DNA from: Bdellovibrionales bacterium
Lineage (GTDB): Bacteria > Bdellovibrionota > UBA1018 > CAIMNF01
Reading direction: 5' to 3'
DNA length: 64,000 bases
Assembly (NCBI GenBank): GCA_040380025.1
Contig: JBEIJY010000001.1
Coordinates: 125,307 to 189,306, forward strand
In this document: positions 57,953 to 64,000 of the stretch, piece after piece
Layout of the letters: every line of letters starts with the position of its first letter
How positions within the stretch are numbered: the stretch's first letter is position 1
Position numbers and translations under genes: made by a program
Notes under the pieces: model-generated
Database searches by the model: none
What the model was told of the DNA's origin: nothing
The model's input: the letters and a program-made list of their open reading frames with translations, nothing else

Positions 57953-58725
57953 AGCCAGTTTCCGCCCCGCGGGATGTACCGGGCGGGCAATTCCTGCTTG
58001 AAGGAATCGCGGATGGAGCGGCGATGATTGAAGGTCAGGATATGAAAAATCGCGGCGACGCCGTCTTTCCAGGTGATCTTCTTGCCCTCAAGGTAATTTC
58101 TCGGAAAATACGAGATCGGGAGCTCATGGACCCGCACCTTGAGTTTCGCGATCTTCGCCGTGACTTCCGGCTCGAACCCGAACCGGTTCGTCTCGAGCAC
58201 CATGTTTTGCAGGGTCTCGGCCCTGAAAAACTTGTAACAGGTTTCCATGTCGGTCAGATAGAGCCCCGAACAGAGATTCGAAAGAGCGGTCAAAAAGCGG
58301 TTCACGAGATAGTGGAACGTCCGGTGGACCTGGGTGCCGGATTTCTTGAATCGCGATCCGTAGACCACATCGGCGGTTTCGCCCAAAAAAGGCAATAAAA
58401 GCGACGGAACATCCTCGGTCGAATATTCGAAATCGGCATCCTGGATTCCGATGATCGAGCCGGTCGCAGCGGCGATGCCGGTTCGCAGAGCGGCGCCCTT
58501 GCCGCGGTTTTTTTCGTGTTTCAACAAAATGTGCCTGCTCGCGAAGGAATAGGCCGAGAGAATCTCTCCCGAGCCGTCGGTCGATTTGTCATCGACCAGG
58601 ACCAGCTCTTTTTCGAAGCCTTCCGGGAGTGGAAGAGCATCGATTTTTGCGAGCACCTCGGCAAGGTGGGGGGCTTCATTGAAGACCGGAACAATCAAAC
58701 TCACTCGCTTCAAAATGGCGCTCAT
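57949..58725 (-). CDS. GT2 family glycosyltransferase (DPM synthase-like)
   Basis: IVPVFNE, VDDKSTDGS, NRGKG, QDAD, YGSRF, TDMETCYK, FGFEPE, KKITWKDG. Confidence 0.93.
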   Translation of the reverse strand: MSAILKRVSLIVPVFNEAPHLAEVLAKIDALPLPEGFEKELVLVDDKSTDGSGEILSAYSFASRHILLKHEKNRGKGAALRTGIAAATGSIIGIQDADFEYSTEDVPSLLLPFLGETADVVYGSRFKKSGTQVHRTFHYLVNRFLTALSNLCSGLYLTDMETCYKFFRAETLQNMVLETNRFGFEPEVTAKIAKLKVRVHELPISYFPRNYLEGKKITWKDGVAAIFHILTFNHRRSIRDSFKQELPARYIPRGGNWL

Positions 58726-58730
58726 GGAGA

Positions 58731-59213
58731 TCAGGAGGCGAAGATCTCTTGGATCTCCTGCTCGATCATCGATTCCTGCGTGCGTTTTGCGATCGAGATT
58801 TCTTTCACGATCCGGGCTTTCGCCTGATCGAGCATCTTTCGTTCGCCGAACGAGAGCTCTTTCGAATGGCGAAGCAAAAACAGATCCCGGAGTACTTCCG
58901 AGATCTCATAAATCGAACCGGTTTTGATCTTGTCCGTGTATTCGCGGTAGCGGCGGTTCCAGGTGGTCTGGTCGATTTTCACGTCCCGCATCTTCAGAAT
59001 GGAGTAAACCTGCTTCACGTCTTCGTCCGAGATGATGCTTCGAAGGCCCACGGCCTCGGCGTTGTCGGTCGGAACCAGGATGGTCATTTGGGTCTCGACC
59101 ACCTGAAGCACATAAAAACGCCTCATTTTCCCCCCGACTTCGCGCTCGTCGATCCGTTTCACAACGGCGATTCCATGGGCGGGGTATACGGCGCTTTCTC
59201 CAACTTTGAACAT
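58731..59213 (-). CDS. carD: CarD/CdnL RNA polymerase-binding regulator
   Basis: MFKVGESAVYPAHG, TWNRRYRE, KELSFGERKML; GGAGG RBS before ATG 59213. Confidence 0.94.
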   Translation of the reverse strand: MFKVGESAVYPAHGIAVVKRIDEREVGGKMRRFYVLQVVETQMTILVPTDNAEAVGLRSIISDEDVKQVYSILKMRDVKIDQTTWNRRYREYTDKIKTGSIYEISEVLRDLFLLRHSKELSFGERKMLDQAKARIVKEISIAKRTQESMIEQEIQEIFAS

Positions 59214-59390
59214 GCTTTGATTACCTCCGAGCAGTGTCGCACAAGATAGCATACTTTTTAGAACAGGTAAATGAGAAACTCAACGAAATCCCCCAAAGGT
59301 AGGGCCTAGGTAAGGTGTTGATCTTTAAGGTGAATTTGATCAAGTCTTCGCGTTGACTTTGCGCATTGTCCGTGTGATTCTGCCTTGCTC

Positions 59391-60914
59391 ATGAATCCCC
59401 TGAACCCAGAGAAACGAACGATCGCTCTGATGAACTCCAAAACCCGCCGTAAGGAGGTCTTCCGGCCCATGGTCCCGGGCGAGGTGAAGATGTACTCGTG
59501 CGGTCCGACCGTTTACGGCGACATCCATATCGGGAACCTGCGGGCCGCGCTCACGGCTGATCTTTTTTACCGGTTCTTCAAAAAAATGGGCTTCCGGGTC
59601 ACTTACATTCGGAACTACACCGACATCGACGACAAGATCATCCACCGCGCCCGCGAGGAGGGGAGCACCCTCGAGGTTGTTTCAAAGCGCTACATCGAGG
59701 AGGCCGAAAAGTGCTACGCGGCGGCCCTCATGGAGGAACCCACCCAAAAAACGCTCGTGACCGAGCATCTTCCCGAGATCATCGCCATGATCGAGGCGAT
59801 CCTGAAGAACGGCAAAGGATACGCCACCCCGGCCGGAGATGTGTATTTTGCCATCGATGCGTTTCCCGCCTATGGTGGCCTGTCGGGAAAATCCCAGGAA
59901 GACCTGCTCGCCGGAGCGCGCGTCGAGGTGAACGAGTCCAAGCGGAATCCTGCCGATTTCGCCCTCTGGAAGTCCGCCAAACCGGGTGAGCCCGCGTGGG
60001 ACTCCCCGTGGGGAAGAGGCCGGCCGGGCTGGCACATCGAGTGCTCGGCGATGGCCTGCAAGTGGCTCGGCCCTTTGATGGACCTCCACCACGGGGGCGA
60101 GGACCTCATCTTCCCCCATCACGAAAACGAGATCGCCCAGAGCGAGGCCGCGACCGGCTGTTCTCCGTACGTCGCGTATTGGGTTCACAATGCCTTCCTG
60201 ACGTTCTCGTCCGAGAAAATGTCAAAGAGCCTCGGCAATGTCGTGCTCGCCAAGGATTTTCTTGCCCGCTACGGTGGCGAGCTTGCCCGCATGGTGTTTC
60301 TCGGAGTCCATTACCGCTCGACCTTCGATTTCAGTCCGGTCACGGTCGATCAGGCGATCACGGCGCTCGAGCGCGTGTATCAGGCGAAAGAAGCGGCCGA
60401 AGAGCTCGCCGCAAAAAAAATCTCCCTGCCCGACCCGATGGCGGAGTCGCTTTGGGGCGGCTTCTTCATCGACCTTGACCGCACGCGCGAGGCGATTCTC
60501 GATCATTATGCGAACGACCTGAACACCCCGGGCGCGCTCTCGGAGCTCTTCGGACTCATCCGCGAGTGGAATCGCATTCTAGGGCAGGGGAATGCGAAGA
60601 ACACCCCGTCCGCGATCCTGGCCGCATCCTCGCTCATTCGCATTCTCGAGGACGACATCGGCTCGGTCATCGGCATCGGCCGGATGCGTGCGGAGTCGAT
60701 GCTCCAACACCTTTCTTCTTTGCGCGTCTTGCGCGCCACGAACGAGGGACGAACCGTGCTCTCGGATCAGGCGATCGAGGATTTGTTGAAGGAGCGCCGG
60801 GAGGCGCGGGCACAAAAGAACTTCGCGCGCTCCGACGAAATCCGCGATCATCTGCTGCAAAACGGGGTCGAGATCAAGGATTCGCCTGCCGGCACCACCT
60901 GGTCGCGGCGGTAG
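59391..60914 (+). CDS. cysS: Cysteine--tRNA ligase
   Basis: CGPTVY, HIGN, TDIDDKII, GRPGWHIECSAM, FPHHENE, KMSKS. Confidence 0.97.
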   Translation: MNPLNPEKRTIALMNSKTRRKEVFRPMVPGEVKMYSCGPTVYGDIHIGNLRAALTADLFYRFFKKMGFRVTYIRNYTDIDDKIIHRAREEGSTLEVVSKRYIEEAEKCYAAALMEEPTQKTLVTEHLPEIIAMIEAILKNGKGYATPAGDVYFAIDAFPAYGGLSGKSQEDLLAGARVEVNESKRNPADFALWKSAKPGEPAWDSPWGRGRPGWHIECSAMACKWLGPLMDLHHGGEDLIFPHHENEIAQSEAATGCSPYVAYWVHNAFLTFSSEKMSKSLGNVVLAKDFLARYGGELARMVFLGVHYRSTFDFSPVTVDQAITALERVYQAKEAAEELAAKKISLPDPMAESLWGGFFIDLDRTREAILDHYANDLNTPGALSELFGLIREWNRILGQGNAKNTPSAILAASSLIRILEDDIGSVIGIGRMRAESMLQHLSSLRVLRATNEGRTVLSDQAIEDLLKERREARAQKNFARSDEIRDHLLQNGVEIKDSPAGTTWSRR

Positions 60915-60998
60915 CATCCGCCCCGAAAGGCCGGATCAAATTTTTCTCAGTCAAGAACCTCCGTTTGTGCTACCTCTGCCTCCGGTACGGGAGGCCTT

Positions 60999-61994
60999 AT
61001 GCGTTGGAATGTCCGTCAATTCGCCCTGTTTTTCTTGATGTTCATCAATTCGTCCGCGGTAGCGCTCGCGCAGGACCAGCACCCACTGCAATCCCAGGCG
61101 TTCTTCCGGCTCAAAGGAACGGCCCGCGATCCCGGACCGATCGAGGTCGTGGTGCCGAAGTCCCTGCCCGAGTTCCGCTATTTCGAGCAGGGCGATCCGG
61201 TGGCACGCGTCGAGCCGAATGCGATGTTCCTGTTCGACAAAAGCAATCCGCTCCCGAAGACGCGGCTTGCCGGCTCGAATTACCTCTTCACCGAAGGGGG
61301 CGCGCTCGTCACTCTCTCGGCCGAGGGGTTTTTGTATTACAAGGGAATCACCCGCATCGAGCCCGGCTTGGCCGGAGGCGTGTACTTCCTCGATCGCATG
61401 ACGGGCGAGGTGATCGTGATCGACTCATACGGGTTTTTCATCCGAAGCGGCCAAGCCGCCAAAAACGTGCGCGTGCTGGGCGGGAACTACTTCATCGATC
61501 AAGACGGACTCCTGACCACGATCAAATCCTCGGGCATCGCCCCGGGCTCTCCTGTCGGAATCCTCACAGAAAAACACGGTTGGAATTTCTCAGATGTGGT
61601 TCTGGCCGGAGGGAGCTTTTTCTTCCGCGCGGACGGGACGATGGTCACGATCCATCCGGGGACCGGTTTTTTCAGTGACCGGATCATTCCGCCCTCCGCG
61701 CCGCGCTTTGCGGGCGGAAACTTCTTCGTAGGCCAAGACGGAGTGCTCTATACCCTCGACCATGAGGCACGAATCCACGCGCATCCTGAAGTCCGGATCC
61801 CCGTGCTCCCCGCCGTGATCGGGTCATCCTTTCTTGTGTTCCCGAATCAAAAAATCATCGCGATCGATTCCGACGGAAACCCGCATCTTTCCTTGGTTCG
61901 CGTTTCGGCGACCGGGCTTCGTGTTCGCATCGTCGATGCGATCGAGTCCGCGATCGATTTGAATTCCGTCTTCCAGCCCCGCATTCTGAATTGA
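60999..61994 (+). CDS. Exported repeat protein (probable beta-propeller)
   Basis: Signal peptide (ALA|Q); six ~40-aa repeats with a hGGxYF/hGSxF core. Confidence 0.75.
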   Translation: MRWNVRQFALFFLMFINSSAVALAQDQHPLQSQAFFRLKGTARDPGPIEVVVPKSLPEFRYFEQGDPVARVEPNAMFLFDKSNPLPKTRLAGSNYLFTEGGALVTLSAEGFLYYKGITRIEPGLAGGVYFLDRMTGEVIVIDSYGFFIRSGQAAKNVRVLGGNYFIDQDGLLTTIKSSGIAPGSPVGILTEKHGWNFSDVVLAGGSFFFRADGTMVTIHPGTGFFSDRIIPPSAPRFAGGNFFVGQDGVLYTLDHEARIHAHPEVRIPVLPAVIGSSFLVFPNQKIIAIDSDGNPHLSLVRVSATGLRVRIVDAIESAIDLNSVFQPRILN

Positions 61995-62087
61995 CCGGCA
62001 TCAATGACACGCGGTTTCGTTCCCGATAGACAGGGCGAAGTCACCGTTCGAAACCGTACCGTTAGAAACCGTGTGGAGAATCACCTG

Positions 62088-63776
62088 ATGACCCGTTTCT
62101 GTTTTTTGATTGCTGTTTTTTTGGTTCCGGCTTTTTCATTCGCGCAAACCAAGGATTTTTCGCTCGTTCGCGATGTTCGCTCGGCTGCGACGGCCCTGCT
62201 CGGGCATCCGGTCCGGGTGGTGAATGTCCTGCAGGCCGAAGAGCAGGGGCTGAACCAAAAAAACCTGCGCCACCAGCCATGGAGCGGGAGCTTCTGGCCC
62301 GACATCATCGGTGGCATCGCAAACCACTATCGCGATCACACCAAACTCGGAAACCAGTTCCGCTACCTTCTCAGGTACGAGCTGGGCTCCCGCCGCGTGT
62401 GGCGGGATTTCCGGAATGTCTGCACGAATTACTCGCGATTTTCGGGCGATGAACTGAATCGCAAGCTCTCGCCTGCCGAGAAGTACGATCTCCTGATCGG
62501 AGACGCCGAGTTCTCGTTCAGCAAGGCCGTGCTCGACGACATCGACTTCCGTGCCCGGCATTTAAAGAAATACAAAACCATCGATGGCTCGGGGCAGGTG
62601 GGGCCCGGGTCCATGCAAGGGGCGGCGAATCTCGTGCATTACGCCGACGATCCAGCATCGTATGTTCCCTACGACCGGCAGGTGCAGTACCGGTACTGGA
62701 AGCCGCGAAAGGATAGCATCTCGTGGTGGTTCGGCATTTGTGACGGCTGGGCTCCCGCTTCGGTGTACCTTCCGCGTCCGGTCAATCCTGTCACGGTCAC
62801 CGGCGCCCTCGGGCACCGGATCACCTTTTATCCGGATGATCTGAAGGCCTTGGGCTCGTACCTGTTTGCTCGCACGAACAACGATTACATGTCCTCGATG
62901 CGGTATCGCTTCACCGGCCGCCCTTGTGCCGAAATCGGCGCTCCCCGTGCCGATCAAAAGGGCTATGTGCGGGACTTCCGGTGCAATGATGTCGATCCGG
63001 GGCTATTCCATTTGGTCCTCCTGAATCGCATTGGTCTCGACGGCATGGGCTTCATGATGGACATCGACAACAACCGCAAGATCAACAACCATCCCGTGGC
63101 CGCATACAAGCTCAGCTATTACAACGTGCTGACCAAAAAAGAGGGCTCGGTCGCAAAGTCGATCGTGCCCCGGAATCGGGTTGAGGACGCCTACCAGCGA
63201 AGACGAAACGCCAAGACCGCGTTCATTCTCGGGGTGAAGGCCGAAATCCGCTATCAACACTACGTTTGGCCCGAAGACAACCGCCATCGCTCGACCGACA
63301 GTCCGGCCTTCGACAAATCAAAAGGCCGGGTGTACCGGTATGATCTCGAGCTCGATGCGAACGGGGATATTCTTGGCGGAGAATGGGGCGACCGTTCGAT
63401 CGAGAACGGAAAGACCGCCTCGGGAGCAGGTCAGCCGGATTTTCTCTGGATGGCGTCGACCGATGCTCTTCCGTACTCGGAACAATCGCTCTACGTTTCG
63501 GCCGGAAGCGAGATCGATCCGGCGCGCATGCGTCCCTTCGGAAACATGAACTGGGCCTGGAACGGCGCCGGGCCCATGCCCGAGGATTGGATTCGTGCGG
63601 CCCGTGCTGACGCTCGCTGGGAGCCGCCTGCGGTGGGATCATTTCAGCGGTCTCCGGGCGGGGGAGTCGATATTTTTCCGGCCGAGGCGCGGGATTCGAT
63701 TCTGAAGCCCGCTCAGCCGCTCTCGACGATCGTGTATTATTTGTTCGACCAAGCGCGCGCCCCCGGCGAGCGTTAG
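62088..63776 (+). CDS. Exported transglutaminase-elicitor (GP42)-like protein
   Basis: Signal peptide, PWSGSFWP, LSPAEKYDLL, WFGICDGWAPAS, DVDPGLFH, NHPV, YDLELD..G.ILGGEW, PDFLW. Confidence 0.8.
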   Translation: MTRFCFLIAVFLVPAFSFAQTKDFSLVRDVRSAATALLGHPVRVVNVLQAEEQGLNQKNLRHQPWSGSFWPDIIGGIANHYRDHTKLGNQFRYLLRYELGSRRVWRDFRNVCTNYSRFSGDELNRKLSPAEKYDLLIGDAEFSFSKAVLDDIDFRARHLKKYKTIDGSGQVGPGSMQGAANLVHYADDPASYVPYDRQVQYRYWKPRKDSISWWFGICDGWAPASVYLPRPVNPVTVTGALGHRITFYPDDLKALGSYLFARTNNDYMSSMRYRFTGRPCAEIGAPRADQKGYVRDFRCNDVDPGLFHLVLLNRIGLDGMGFMMDIDNNRKINNHPVAAYKLSYYNVLTKKEGSVAKSIVPRNRVEDAYQRRRNAKTAFILGVKAEIRYQHYVWPEDNRHRSTDSPAFDKSKGRVYRYDLELDANGDILGGEWGDRSIENGKTASGAGQPDFLWMASTDALPYSEQSLYVSAGSEIDPARMRPFGNMNWAWNGAGPMPEDWIRAARADARWEPPAVGSFQRSPGGGVDIFPAEARDSILKPAQPLSTIVYYLFDQARAPGER

Positions 63777-63798
63777 GGAAGAGCTGCACAAAAAAAAT

Positions 63799-64000
63799 CC
63801 TGATCTCGCTTTTCCAGATGGGTTGGCGCCAGACAGAAAAGAGGTTTGGCCTCCGAGCCGGGTCCTCCGGCCTCGCTCGCCCCATCGGGGCTCGCGCTCG
63901 TCGGCAAAACCTCTTTTGTGTCGGGCACCACCCCTTCTGGATCAGGCATGATTGGGCTTCCCCTTGATTGCTTGATTGATCGTTCAGAGGGCTCGGAGGC
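63799..64000. repeat. Structured palindromic repeat element, copy 2 (runs to the window edge)
   Basis: 38-bp inverted arms 63814-63851 / 63903-63940 (6 mismatches) around the shared core; 63849-64000 is an inverted copy of 7927-8078. Confidence 0.9.

Noticed and set aside
7927..64000. Whole 56-kb interval as a composite transposon or genomic island bounded by the inverted 152-bp copies
   Set aside because: It contains core genes (cysS, carD, flagellar genes), with no integrase or transposase and no evident compositional shift; a third related copy lies inside

Overview
GC-rich bacterial chromosomal segment. Gene content and order resemble Bdellovibrionota/deltaproteobacteria (an inference). 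From left to right: mazG-coaE-(unlisted 48-aa basic ORF)-ppx/gppA, a MATE transporter, a tandem ArsA/Get3-like ATPase pair, nadA and an Mla/Mce (mlaEFD) operon. A ~26 kb flagellar cluster follows on + (TPR protein, degenerate sigma54-activator-like protein, flgBC-fliEFGHIJ-motE-like-fliK-flgD-TIGR02530-like-flgE, fliLMNOPQR-flhB-flhA-flhF-fliA, with no flhG). Next are an orphan Flp pilin and a gspC-N type II secretion operon on -, followed by a lipoprotein, a beta-barrel and an EI24-like gene. The window ends with an acyl-CoA dehydrogenase, carD-GT2-methyltransferase, cysS, a repeat protein and a transglutaminase-elicitor-like protein. No rRNA, tRNA, CRISPR array or transposase was seen. The most notable observations are: (1) a dispersed family of structured palindromic elements, three copies with a covarying core and interchangeable ~40-bp inverted arms; (2) a multi-hairpin leader between the TIGR02530-like gene and flgE; (3) a methyltransferase with no canonical start for its conserved N-terminus, in frame behind a single TGA or broken by a G5 run; (4) degenerate flagellar regulators; (5) sigma28-like and sigma54-like promoters linking the Flp pilin and T2SS to flagellar-type regulation. 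All product calls come from motif recognition by eye, not from database searches.
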